From: Octopus bimaculoides
Lineage: Eukaryota
Length of the DNA stretch: 64,000 bases
NCBI RefSeq assembly: GCF_001194135.2
Contig: NC_068990.1
Coordinates: 82,718,543-82,782,542, forward strand
Reading direction: 5' to 3'
Under the pieces are notes generated by a model. It made no database searches, was not told where the DNA came from, and saw only the letters and a list, made by a program, of their open reading frames with translations. Below, in pieces: positions 14,560 through 27,803 of this stretch (position 1 is its first letter; the number at the start of each line of letters is the position of its first letter). Made by a program: the position numbers and the translations under genes.

Positions 14560-15300
14560 CGAGGGTCGGCTGAAAAGTTCATAGGCTGACCAATATTCTC
14601 ACATGGTTCCTTCTTCAATGTAGTTCCCCCTTGTGGTTCAAACACTTTTCCCATCGGTGTCGCAGTGCTTGGATCCTATTAGTGAAGAAGCATTCCTCCT
14701 GTTGGTAAAAAAAGAATTTAACAGTAGATATGACACCATCATCAATGCAATACTGGTTCTCAGTCAAGTGTATTTTCCATGTTGGGAAACAAATGATTGT
14801 TAGATGGGGCGAAATCAGGAGAATGTGGATGGGGCTGATCAATAAATTCAAAGCCACAGTTACGCACAGCACCCATTGAAACCAAAAGACTTGACTTGTG
14901 TGCTGAAACATTGTCCTGGTGAAACGATATCCCATTCATCAGTCTCCCAGGGTGTTTGGTCTTAATAGCCCTTTGTAACTGCCTCAACAAGTTGGCATTG
15001 TATTATCCACTGATGCTGTGGCCCATAACATGAGAGTCAGTAGACACAATGACTTTTGCATCCGAAAAAGCTGAGGCCATCACCTTCTCTGCAGATAAAA
15101 TAAACTTCGGCTTCTTTGGAGCAGGCAAAGAGGTGTGTTACCACTTCATGAGTTGCCACTTGCTCTCTCGTTCTTGGTAAAGAAGGGGTCAAGAAAACCA
15201 GCTGGATCTACGTCAATATCAGATATTCCTGTGATGTGAGTAGCCAGCTGTCAGACGACAAGGCAGAAACATTCGTCATGTCAAGGAGATATTATATTTA
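14560..15300 (-). mobile_element. Mariner (Tc1/mariner) DNA transposon remnant: 3' part of transposase and right TIR
   Basis: Pseudo-translation includes DVDPAGFL, PAPKKPKFILSAEKVMAS, LRQLQRAIKTKHPG...FHQDNVSAH, HPHSPDFAPSNNHLFPNM and IQALRHRWEKCLNHKG. TIR CGAGGGTCGGCTGAAAAGTTC directly follows a TA dinucleotide at 14558-14559. Multiple stops and frameshifts. Confidence 0.92.
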
Positions 15301-15416
15301 GTCCGCACCCCGATGTCTCTTATAATCACCCTTGATGCCGTGAACCTAGTCCTGGATGAAGAATTTGGATATATATGTATATGTATAAATATATATTTTG
15401 TATGTATGTATATGTG

Positions 15417-15457
<41 letters not shown>

Positions 15458-15732
15458 CACACATGTATATGTGTGTATATATATATTATATGTATGTTGA
15501 GGTGTATTCNNNNNNNNNNNNNNNNNNNNNNNNNNNNNNNNNNNNNNNNNNNNNNNNNNNNNNNNNNNNNNNNNNNNNNNNNNNNNNNNNNNNNNNNNNN
15601 NNNNNNNNNNNNNNNNNNNNNNNNNNNNNNNNNNNNNNNNNNNNNNNNNNNNNNNNNNNNNNNNNNNNNNNNNNNNNNNNNNNNNNNNNNNNNNNNNNNN
15701 NNNNNNNNNNNNNNNNNNNNNNNNNNNNNNNN

Positions 15733-15767
<35 letters not shown>

Positions 15768-15941
15768 TGTATTTGTACGCATGTAGGTATGAGGAGATAC
15801 AACTATGTCCTATTATACAGGTAAACAGTTACTTAATTTAAATTTAAATTCTACTTTTGACTCTATTTATTTTTGCATTTTTATATTGTATGCATATATG
15901 TATATGTCTATGTATGTATATATATATATATATATATACAT

Positions 15942-15977
<36 letters not shown>

Positions 15978-18571
15978 GCATACATACATACATAATTACT
16001 AAACAGGTTTTATTCACGCGTATCCAGTTATATAGAAATGAAATTGTAAATGCACTTGAATTCTTTAAGGAGATTTATTTACATGAGCTTAATGGTTTTC
16101 CCAATTTCATAGGAATGAGGAATGTAGAGCGATGCTGTAACTGTATCGTCTCTATGCAGGTCTCCAACTTTTCTTTTTATATCAGGAGATTATTGCTTTA
16201 AAGTTCCATTACGCACTGAGTCATAGAATTTGCTTAACTTTGTGTAACGTCTGCATGTAACTAACTTTATGTAACTGATTCAAGCTTAACTATGTAACTA
16301 ATTCAAGAAATATTGCACCAAATGTTAAGGTTATGTGAATACAAGCGGTGTCATATGACAGCTTGAACAAAAACTGAGCAAAAACGTCTTGCGCATTGGT
16401 GTTACATGACTAAATGGACGATAACTACAATAAATGTAACGTCTGTGTTAAGGCGGTGAATGGGTCATGTGATAGTAATGGCAGTAAACATCCTGGCGGA
16501 TCTGGATGTCTTTGTCTTCAACTCAGTTCTATTAATAATGTAAAACATAATATCACGGTAGAAATAGTAGATCCAATTTGCAGACTACAAATTCTTCATT
16601 TCATATTTTTCACTTATCCTTCTAAGTTCCAGTCATACTAGTTTCTATTTGGTAGGTATTAAACTTTTGACAGTATCAGTAAGAGCTATGCCAAAGTCTA
16701 AGAATAGAAGCGTGTATCAAGATAGACTGCTTGACTGTATCTGTGTAACAGTAAATAACATAACTCAATATAAGTATTTACATAGCTGTGTATACGTTTG
16801 TGTGTAGGTTTTCACCAATTGCGTAATATCTTGATACATCAATGAAATAGTTGTAATTGAATTTATATTTTTAATATGATGTAATATCTTACAAAACCGT
16901 GGTTTGTATTTTCAATGAATATATTTGGTTTATTTCACCGTTTTGATCTGTTGTTTACTTTGAATGAACTACAGTAGGAACACAGGGGAACGCGGAATTC
17001 TGCATATAAGTGTGTAAGTTAAATATGCTAGAACCTTGTATTTGTTGACCGTGGACAGTCAATATTTTTTTGCAGACTAAATTTAGTTTATCTCCTGTAA
17101 TCTTCGTTACATCCATTGAATTTCGTGTTGAATGACAAACATAATTTGTATGCTCGATAGAGCATTATAAAGATATTCCATGATATAATAACTCCCACAC
17201 AAAACTAACTTTGAATACAATACTAGGATTGCCATATTCTTTTCTGAGGGGTCACAGCTTGCATCTCAACATTTAGATACGTAGTCATGGTAACACATTT
17301 TACTGTAAACAACATGGAGGATCTGGATTCCTCTTTCTTCCACTCTATCTTATTAATATTGTACAACATAGCGGCAAGGCAGAAATAGTAGAGCCAATTC
17401 GCAGACTACAAATTCTTAATTTCATATCTTCACTTTTCCTTCTAAGTTCCAATCATACCAGTTTTTATTTGGTAGACATTAAACTTTACTCCCCTCCAAG
17501 AATTTTCATCTATAATCTGTTATCAATGCACGAATTTCTGTTATATTAATTCAGGGTTTGAAGTTGAGATATACAGATCCCGCTGGACAAATCGACAATC
17601 AATTTAACTGCTTGATTTCCATACCAGCATTTAACTCCACACAGATATCGATCTATTTTAAAATTTTACCGTGAAAATAACATCTGTAAGTATCCCGTTA
17701 CCATTATTGATCTGTGATAGGATAAATCAAAAAGAAAAGAAAGAAGACATACTTTTCTGTTGTATTTCTGATATTATTAATTAGATATATGTGTTTCACT
17801 TGGAAAATGCACAGAAACTACATGTTTTAAATTAACAAGATAGCATTAAAAAAAAAATATTATAATGTCTTTCCTTCATATACTTGCATCGTGAATAAGG
17901 CGATCAGTCGGAAACCAAAAACAGGAGAGAGAAGCTGCTGTCTCAACTTACCAGGATCATAGGATTTCCTCTTTAGTTATCCGTTTTATGAATTAAATAG
18001 CTATAGCGGCATCGATGAAGTATATTATCTGCCATGAAGACAAAGAAGCACAAAATCAGATTAAGTTGGATTTCAGTTGAAAACATAAAACAAAACTAAG
18101 TAAAACAAGTATTACCAATTTCCTTGATATTGCTATTGTGCTTGTCATTGTTGCTGAGTTGTTTCAGTCTGTCTCACGGGACGATTTCTCATGGTGCAAA
18201 TATACAATACCAAGTATTCTAGTTATAACCTAACATTTTTAGCGCTTTCAAGGATTATATTATTCAATATGTCTACTTTCCTATGACGATGAACTGTGAT
18301 TTGTATGAGAATTGGTTGTTATTTCTAGTTATTTTGATCGACCACTTAGAGCTTTCCACCTTTGCTTGATTATTACATTAGCTATTTATTCAGGTGCTCT
18401 GCTTCTTCTGGCTAAGCGAACCCATTCATTACCATCTCATAAATTAACATAATGATAGTGCATAATAATTGCAGACCTCTTTTCCATTGGCAGTCCCTAC
18501 ATGTCAAATCACCAATCAGTATCTCTCCAAACCCCTATTTAATATTTATGATAACTTTCAATACATTATAC

Positions 18572-18618
<47 letters not shown>

Positions 18619-19409
18619 NNNNNNNNNNNNNNNNNNNNNNNNNNNNNNNNNNNNNNNNNNNNNNNNNNNNNNNNNNNNNNNNNNNNNNNNNNNNNNNNNN
18701 NNNNNNNNNNNNNNNNNNNNNNNNNNNNNNNNNNNNNNNNNNNNNNNNNNNNNNNNNNNNNNNNNNNNNNNNNNNNNNNNNNNNNNNNNNNNNNNNNNNN
18801 NNNNNNNNNNNNNNNNNNNNNNNNNNNNNNNNNNNNNNNNNNNNNNNNNNNNNNNNNNNNNNNNNNNNNNNNNNNNNNNNNNNNNNNNNNNNNNNNNNNN
18901 NNNNNNNNNNNNNNNNNNNNNNNNNNNNNNNNNNNNNNNNNNNNNNNNNNNNNNNNNNNNNNNNNNNNNNNNNNNNNNNNNNNNNNNNNNNNNNNNNNNN
19001 NNNNNNNNNNNNNNNNNNNNNNNNNNNNNNNNNNNNNNNNNNNNNNNNNNNNNNNNNNNNNNNNNNNNNNNNNNNNNNNNNNNNNNNNNNNNNNNNNNNN
19101 NNNNNNNNNNNNNNNNNNNNNNNNNNNNNNNNNNNNNNNNNNNNNNNNNNNNNNNNNNNNNNNNNNNNNNNNNNNNNNNNNNNNNNNNNNNNNNNNNNNN
19201 NNNNNNNNNNNNNNNNNNNNNNNNNNNNNNNNNNNNNNNNNNNNNNNNNNNNNNNNNNNNNNNNNNNNNNNNNNNNNNNNNNNNNNNNNNNNNNNNNNNN
19301 NNNNNNNNNNNNNNNNNNNNNNNNNNNNNNNNNNNNNNNNNNNNNNNNNNNNNNNNNNNNNNNNNNNNNNNNNNNNNNNNNNNNNNNNNNNNNNNNNNNN
19401 NNNNNNNNN

Positions 19410-19450
<41 letters not shown>

Positions 19451-20313
19451 TATACATATATACACACACATATATGTATATATAAATATATATATGTTTA
19501 CACATATGCGTAGCACTTAATATTCGTGAAATGACTATGGATTTTCTAATTAGTGCCTTAATAGCGCTGTATATCGAATGATAAATTATCAATGAGAACC
19601 ATTTATACGACACACCTTTTGTTAACACTGGGGAGAAACAATGTATTATAGCGCCTTATGTTATATATTTTCACTCACAGACAGACTGCCATTATCTCGG
19701 ATTCGAGAAGAAGACCTCTGAACTTTGAACTAAACTATATCGCATTTTCTGAAGTCACTTCACTCACATAATCTATTGATTATCAGTGCAGTACAGTATA
19801 ACAGAAATGATTTCAATTCAATTCAAAAGCGAACATATTCTCTCTGTTCCTTAAAGAAGACAGTTGTTAAATTTAATCTAGCTATATTGAAATGCATCGA
19901 AGTTTATATCCTAATAATTCCACCACCAACGCATTTCATAACGTGTAAATGCGTTCATCTCAATTTAAAGATACTTTTCCCATGATTAATTTTATTTCTG
20001 TATTGACAACCTCCATAGGGCAGAGTGAAAATCTGCTAATACTAGCTGGCAAATTTGAATTTGAAACCAGGTTATAAATATTTCACTTGATTTCTGATGA
20101 ATTCCTAATACTTCTGTATCTCAAGTCAGAAATAGCTGTCAAATAAAATCTACATGTTTGTTACAAATGTTAGACAGCCAACAGTCTCTGAATGTTCATT
20201 TTGATGACTCGAAATATTTAGCATTGTGAAAACAGTATTACAAAGAAACATCTGCCTCTACATGGTGAGTAGTTAATCGTATTTGATCAGCTGCTGAATT
20301 TCCGCAAAACGCA

Positions 20314-20741
20314 TACTCTTTTACTTGTTTCAGTCATTTGACTGTGGCCATGCTGGAGCACCACCTTTAGTCGAGCAAATCGGCCCCAGGACTTATTCTT
20401 TGCAAGCCTAGTACTTATTCTATCAGTCTCTTTTGCCGAACCTCTAAGTTACGGGGACGTAAACACACCAGCATCGGTTGTCAAGCGATTGTGGGGGGAC
20501 AAACACAGACACACAAACACACACACACACACACACATACATACATATTTATATATANNNNNNNNNNNNNNNNNNNNNNNNNNNNNNNNNNNNNNNNATA
20601 TATATACATATACACCACGGGCTTCTTTCAGTTTCCGTCTACCAAATCCACTCACAAGGCTTTGGAAAGCCCGAGGCTATAGTAAAAGACACTTGCCCAA
20701 TGTGCCACGCAGTGGGACTGAACCCGGAACCACGTGGTTGG
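20314..20741 (-). mobile_element. Long-family SINE copy with internal microsatellite (gap inside), 5' truncated
   Basis: Reverse complement is colinear with 58121-58566 and 12048-12403. Confidence 0.9.
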
Positions 20742-22480
20742 TATTGCGCTGTTTCACTACAGCCAAAGAAGTTCATACGATTGTCAGCGTATGATGCCCA
20801 CAAAAATACGCTTCAAATCGGACGATAAAGTAGGGGAGTGATTGACCTCTTTTGTTATACTACGAAAAAGCGAAACGACACATAACCAGACGAGAATAAA
20901 GGAAAGGTATACTAAGATATGACATCAGCTTCTCGACCAGCTGGGTAAAGGAAGAACGGTATATAGATGCATTGAAAAGTCATAAACCAGGGTACATATC
21001 TCAATTACAAACTGATCTCTGTTTTAAGAGTCACGAGCGTCTGCCAATATGGAGCATCAGATAACATTTTAATAGAAACTGCTTGGCCAGAAGTACTCCA
21101 CCATCTCGCGTCGAATCTAGGAATTCAGAATGTGAAATTTGGCTGGATTTCAACTTAATTGGAACGGACAGGGATCAGTGTAAAAATTATAAACGTACCA
21201 TTAGAACTCAAAATATTGTCGGTGGTAAGAACAGAAATGTGGCTGGAAATTCTCATTCAGTAGAAACCTGAGACATTGGGAAAGATCCCCAACCAAACAG
21301 AGATCTCAGGTGGACTGTAACTTCAGATGTTTAGCCCCCTGTGGGCAATAAGGAAATAAATATTCACGCTAGATTCGTTCATCCAGGCCAGAGTTAATTT
21401 TTCGCTTTCGTGTGGACTTTTCAGTTCTTGGAATTAATTCCCATGTCAAGCATATGTTTTATGTTTTGGATCATGTTTTCAGGGATTTATCTCCCAGCTA
21501 GTAATATAATCAAATGTGCATTTTGTACCAAAAACCTACACAAGAGTTTCTCTCTTGGTGACTACCACCGTAAAGTTTGCTCTAATAGAACATTCACGTT
21601 TAAGTGGAGATAAGCATTACCTGTCGATAATACATATGTCGTAATATTGTTTCTCAATCAATATGTTAGATTTTGCTACTGTTTAGGTTTAGATGTTCGC
21701 TAGTCAGAAAATAATCCGATTTAAGTGGAAATTCTGCTGCTGTAATGATAATTTGTTTGCTGCTTTTTATTATCATAAAGTCGAAGAGCATTTTAAGGGC
21801 TCTCCCCTGAGCTGTAAAATGTAGTGGGAAAAACTAATATAACAGCATTCTTAAATTTCTGTCTGATGCATCGTGCTATTCAGAAACATTGAGTATTAGA
21901 TTTGCGGTACGTGATACTTTTGTTTTAAATATTTGTTAAGTTTGTGTTACTAATTTGTATAATATTGATCTGTTAATTTCTAAGCCCATATTACACCATC
22001 ATATTTAATGGCTCGAAAACAAATGTGTTAATGGCTCACATAGTAATTTTTGTGTTGAAATGAATTCTTAACATTTCTTTGTATAAAGATATTCTTTTCT
22101 AATTCTCGGTAAAACAACTTTCATACACACATTATGTTATTTTCAACTATGCCCAATTATTTGTGGAGAGCAGAACAGAATATTCAAACTTAAGTATACT
22201 GCCATCTCTATGGAGTTCTAAACTATCTCCTCGACTTACAAATCTATTCCATTATATTGCTACATTCTTGAATTTCTATTGTCAAAGGTATTTCTTGACG
22301 TCTTCTGGAAATTAATTCACTACCAGCGGAAAAGTTTCAAAAGTTCCAGAATATACCAATATATGCATTTATAAGTATGCATATTTATTTGCATGGATAA
22401 ATGTAAATATATTGTAAAGGCACAAGTCTGGGCAATGTTGTTTATGTAAGACCAGCAGTGGCCCATGCATATCAGTCCCC

Positions 22481-22686
22481 GCCCCTTTTAAAGCCTAGCC
22501 AGACACATGGGCCCGGTTTCCTGGTTTCTATGGCGTATGACTTCCCCCCCCCCACCACCACCACCACTAAGCTGGACGGGACGCCAGTCCATCGCAGCTT
22601 TACTCAGGAAACAGGAAGAAAGAGCGAGAGAAAGTTGGAGCTTTAGCTGTTTTCGCTCAATAAACACACGCAACGCCCGGTCTGAA
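22481..22686 (-). mobile_element. tRNA-headed SINE with V-domain-like segment, head lost in gap
   Basis: Colinear with 48010-48321. Minus strand contains GCTGCGATGGACTGGCGTCCCGTCCA. Confidence 0.85.
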
Positions 22687-24644
22687 ANNNNNNNNNNNNN
22701 NNNNNNNNNNNNNNNNNNNNNNNNNNNNNNNNNNNNNNNNNNNNNNNNNNNNNNNNNNNNNNNNNNNNNNNNNNNNNNNNNNNNNNNNNNNNNNNNNNNN
22801 NNNNNNNNNNNNNNNNNNNNNNNNNNNNNNNNNNNNNNNNNNNNNNNNNNNNNNNNNNNNNNNNNNNNNNNNNNNNNNNNNNNNNNNNNNNNNNNNNNNN
22901 NNNNNNNNNNNNNNNNNNNNNNNNNNNNNNNNNNNNNNNNNNNNNNNNNNNNNNNNNNNNNNNNNNNNNNNNNNNNNNNNNNNNNNNNNNNNNNNNNNNN
23001 NNNNNNNNNNNNNNNNNNNNNNNNNNNNNNNNNNNNNNNNNNNNNNNNNNNNNNNNNNNNNNNNNNNNNNNNNNNNNNNNNNNNNNNNNNNNNNNNNNNN
23101 NNNNNNNNNNNNNNNNNNNNNNNNNNNNNNNNNNNNNNNNNNNNNNNNNNNNNNNNNNNNNNNNNNNNNNNNNNNNNNNNNNNNNNNNNNNNNNNNNNNN
23201 NNNNNNNNNNNNNNNNNNNNNNNNNNNNNNNNNNNNNNNNNNNNNNNNNNNNNNNNNNNNNNNNNNNNNNNNNNNNNNNNNNNNNNNNNNNNNNNNNNNN
23301 NNNNNNNNNNNNNNNNNNNNNNNNNNNNNNNNNNNNNNNNNNNNNNNNNNNNNNNNNNNNNNNNNNNNNNNNNNNNNNNNNNNNNNNNNNNNATATATAT
23401 ATATATATATATATACATATACACATATACATATATATAAATATGTATATACATACATGTGTGTGTGTATATATAGACGCACAATGAGAACGTACATTGA
23501 GAGACAATGAGTGATAAGCATGACATCTGCACACGCATATACCAATACCCACATATTACAAATAAACTTTAGATTATGAATATGCAGAAATATTTTACAA
23601 GAAATATTTGAAGTAACATATCCTCGGATTAAATTTATTTTCATTGTTAAGCGATGTTATTGTTATATATTATATAATTATTCTTCTCGAATTTTGACCG
23701 AATGAAATAATTTCATTTTATTTTTTTTTAATTTTTCAGAACTAGCAAAAATGTAATTATATATTTATGGCTCCCAAAAGTGAATTACATCTGTATATTT
23801 TATATATTATATAATATGTACATAGATTTACATGAAATGAATTCAAAGTTTTCCTCTAACCCAGAATATAATTTCACAACGAAATCTTTATAGCTGGAAT
23901 AAATAAAACGAAACAGTTTTCACTTTTGAGTAATGCTGTACTTTGTTAAAAGAGATAAGTTTGAAATGACTTTATAGCTAATTTATCGTCATTTGATAAC
24001 CTGAAAACATCTATGCTGGATATTTGCTGCATTATTTGACAATTATCTTTAACGTCTGTGAAAAATATTTCCTACAGACAATAACATTAGACATTGAAAC
24101 ATCCATCAGTTTTACGAGATATTATACTTTCAAGAAATGTTACAAATTTTCTTTCCTTTTTATCTATTTAATAGTCTAACTTGGTAGTTCAGTAGCATTG
24201 TGCTATAGTTTGTACTCAATTGGATTTAAGTCGATACAAGTTAACGTTTCCTGTATGTGTTTTATGTTAGAGTGTGTGGGTTAAAAGGGATACTGAATAT
24301 ATATCATGATGCCTCTGAGGATACAACAGTCTGAGAATAAATTCAGTTTAGAGAAATTACTGAAATATTGTCCTGAATTTTAACCATGATTGGTAGGAAC
24401 TTTATCGTGAATAATTCAATAAATATGTCTAAAATATGGTACCAACTAATTGGTTATATTCCCATTCTTGTATATGCATAAAATGCTTACAATATACTTG
24501 TTATTCAATAACTAGTAACCACTGGAAAATCTTCATTTTGGCGATGCTTTATGAAAGTTAACGTAAAAAAAAAATTAAAAGTGAAGAAGACAATCGTAAT
24601 ATCTATAAATTGAATGTTGTTCAAACTTGCTTTTATATATACAT

Positions 24645-24761
<117 letters not shown>

Positions 24762-25005
24762 TTAGGGATAAAATCCAAAATTACAGGTAAAAACTCAATT
24801 AAAATCAATTTATTAAAAATTACAATTAAATTAAATTTCACAGAGTAAAATATATATAAATATATAGTTTTAGGGAAAAGACCCAAGGTTCATGAACTCA
24901 TCGATGAAAAACCACAGTCACATATAGAAAAATTAATAGTTAAAAGCACAATAAATGGGTATAATATAATACAAAGTAAATATCATAAGATAAGATAAAT
25001 ATATA

Positions 25006-25130
25006 CGAGGGTGAGTCAAAAAGTAATGTCATTTTCTTTAGGACACGTATAATTACCAACACATGAGCATGTATCATACATAAAAACGAAGCTGCTCCTC
25101 TGTGGATCACATCCGTACGTAAAAAAATAA
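25006..25130 (+). mobile_element. Mariner-like terminal fragment (TIR only)
   Basis: TA followed by CGAGGGTGAGTCAAAAAGTAATG, the same TIR style as the mariner at 14560. No transposase coding sequence visible. Confidence 0.5.
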
Positions 25131-25184
25131 ACAACTGAAAGTGGTATTTTATGGGGGAGAGGAAACAAAAACATATCAGCTAAT

Positions 25185-25186
25185 AT

Positions 25187-25238
<52 letters not shown>

Positions 25239-25291
25239 TTAGGTAGGTAGGTAGGTAGGTAGGTAGGTAGGTAGGTTGGTAGGTAGGTAGG

Positions 25292-25361
<70 letters not shown>

Positions 25362-25372
25362 CACACACACAT
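25185..25372. repeat. (GATA)n-(GGTA)n-(GATA)n compound tetranucleotide microsatellite
   Basis: Direct reading. Confidence 0.95.
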
Positions 25373-26552
25373 GCAAAAATAAATATGTATATATATTTGA
25401 GGTGACTTTACTTCCTATTTCTCGCAGAAGGACCGATTACTGAGAAACTCCCATGTTAGAGACTCTCTGAACAGAGAATGAATGTTTTGCTATAATGTAA
25501 TGTATACATTTCAACTGTCATGTGTTTGCAGATAGGCACTTCGTGTCAACGAAATATATAGCGTTCTACATTTAAAAAATGCGTTTTTAAAGCGAAACAA
25601 CATTAGCCTTTAACTTAATCTGTTCCCCCTTCTATCTCTCTCTCTCTCTCCCTCTCTCTCTAATGTTCAAACAATTCTCTTGGAAATTCTCGTGCAAAAT
25701 CGGAGAGGTTAATATTCGAATTACTCATTTTATGATTTGCAACTCTAAATATGCTATTTCCTTTCACTTACATTATACAACGTATAGGTTCCAAATAATA
25801 CCTTTTTTCTTTATGGTTTTAAGTAGGAAGCTATTTTTCATTTTTGTTTTTCTTTCAACCCTTAACCATCTTATATATATTTTTTTAATTTGTTATTTAT
25901 ATATTTTACCATAAGTCTATTCTATTGCTTTGAAATTCTAATGGCAAATACTCTTGCTACAACTAGGCAATAACAGACAAATATTCAGTGGAATAGATAG
26001 GCTGCGGAATGTGATGGGCAGTGGACATCATCTCTTTTATCTTTTGAGAACCATTCGGTCTGGAACTAAATATAGGCAATAAAATACTACTAGAAAAATG
26101 TTTTTTTTAAAGTTGTACTAACTGTAATACACAAACACAAACACGAACAAATACACACACACATATACACGCACGCGAGCATACACAAACACACACACAC
26201 ACACACACACGCACACACACACGCACACACACACGCACACACACACATACGTATTGGCATGAGTTCATATGTCTATGTATCGTTGTATGTGTGTGTTTGA
26301 TAAATTGCATAAAACAAATGTATGAATATATATATATATATAGACGCAAATATATACATGCAAAACACGTAGGTAAAATTTTGTAAAGATGTATATCTTT
26401 ATGCATGTGTGTNNNNNNNNNNNNNNNNNNNNNNNNNNNNNNNNNNNNNNNNNNNNNNNNNNNNNNNNNNNNNNNNNNNNNNNNNNNNNNNNNNNNNNNN
26501 NNNNNNNNNNNNNNNNNNNNNNNNNNNNNNNNNNNNNNNNNNNNNNNNNNNN

Positions 26553-26598
<46 letters not shown>

Positions 26599-26827
26599 TG
26601 TGTGTGTATACAGCGTGTGTACAAATATACGTACTGTTAAGTATGAGAGGATCAATACTGCATGCATAGTAAAATTCATTTAGGAATTGGAATGTTTAAT
26701 ATGTTCCAGTTATTGTCAGTGTCACCGCTCGATTTCCAGATTGTGATACTTTGGAAATTTCTTGGCTCTGAAGAATGGAAATTTTTTCGGAAAAAATATT
26801 GTTTCGTAATTTATATGCAAAATCAGT

Positions 26828-27062
26828 TTCTTATTTCTTTATTGCCCACAAGGGGCTAAACATAGAGGGGACAAACAAAGACAGACAAAGGGATTACGTC
26901 GATTACATCGACCCCAGTGCGTAACTGGTATTTAATTTATCGACCCCTAAAGGATGAAAGGTAAAGACGACCTCGCCGGAATTTGAACTCAGAACGTAAC
27001 GGCAGACGAAATACCGCTAAACATTTCGTCCGGCGTGCTAACGATTCTGCCAGCTCGCCGCC
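26828..27062 (-). mobile_element. Near full-length short tRNA-headed SINE
   Basis: Minus strand starts GGCGGCGAGCTGGCAGAATCGTTAGC, has B-box-like GAGTTCAAATTCC and ends ATGTTTAGCCCCTTGTGGGCAATAAAGAAATAAG. Partial copies elsewhere in the window. Confidence 0.88.
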
Positions 27063-27610
27063 TGCAGAATCAGCTTCTTTGTCGTTTTTGGCTGGATTTA
27101 AACACCGCTTATAAAGATGGTGATTGTTTCTTAGTTGTTAGCAGTGAGTTTCTTGATGGATAGAAAAAGAGGGAAGAGAATGAGAGAGAGACAGACAGAC
27201 AGAGACAGACAGACAGACAGACGGACAGACGAACAGACAGACTGAGATAGAATCAGACTGACAGACAGGTAAACAGAAAGAAAAATAAGCAGACAGAGAG
27301 AAAGGCAGGAAGTAGGAATGGATATAGGATCTCTGTTAGATAGATGTAAAGATTCTTCATACAATTGAATATGGTGTTATTAATTTAAAGGAAGAGATAT
27401 AGGACAGCAGCCGCACCGGAGCAACCCCTACGTTGATCGGTTACGGAGTCATTTGGGGTTTAGTACTTATGGCATCAATCGCTTTTATTTGAACCGCTAA
27501 ATGACAACACATGAAAATTAATTTGCAAGAACATGAAGAAAGCTTGCACGTACATGTATATGCTTATGCACAAATATATATATGTATGTATATATATGTA
27601 TATATATATA

Positions 27611-27770
27611 TTTTTTTTTCCGTGTTTTTCTCCTTGTCTCCGTATTCTTTCTGTTGAAGAGCGTAGCTCGAAACGTCAAAGACTTTCCGTATTCCCGAGC
27701 GTCATACTAATATATACTTTTGCTATTTACACCACCTGTCCTCGTCTGTTGTTTTTATTTGTATATTCTC

Positions 27771-27774
<4 letters not shown>
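27611..27774 (+). mobile_element. ~165-bp Penelope/retrozyme-like unit with hammerhead-like motif, inside (TA)n
   Basis: Nearly identical to 58594-58758 (only a few substitutions and a poly-T length change). Contains TGAAGAGCGTAGCTCGAAACGTC. Confidence 0.75.
27646..27682 (+). ncRNA. Minimal type-I hammerhead-like motif with variant core CUGUUGA
   Basis: TCTTT CTGTTGA A GAGC GTA GCTC GAAA CGT C AAAGA: 5-bp stem I, 4-bp stem II, palindromic ACGT stem III, GUC cleavage triplet. Core position A6 reads U. Confidence 0.55.

Positions 27775-27803
<29 letters not shown>

Noticed and set aside
15313-15375. TLDAVNLVLDEE resembling the Sm/LSm motif
   Set aside because: Only a short match, lacking the preceding G-x-L-x-x-F-D, and located at the edge of the mariner remnant.
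20250-20270. CTGCCTCTACATGGTGAGT, similar to CTGCCCATTACATGGTGAGT at 32467-32486
   Set aside because: Short match with no flanking similarity; likely chance.
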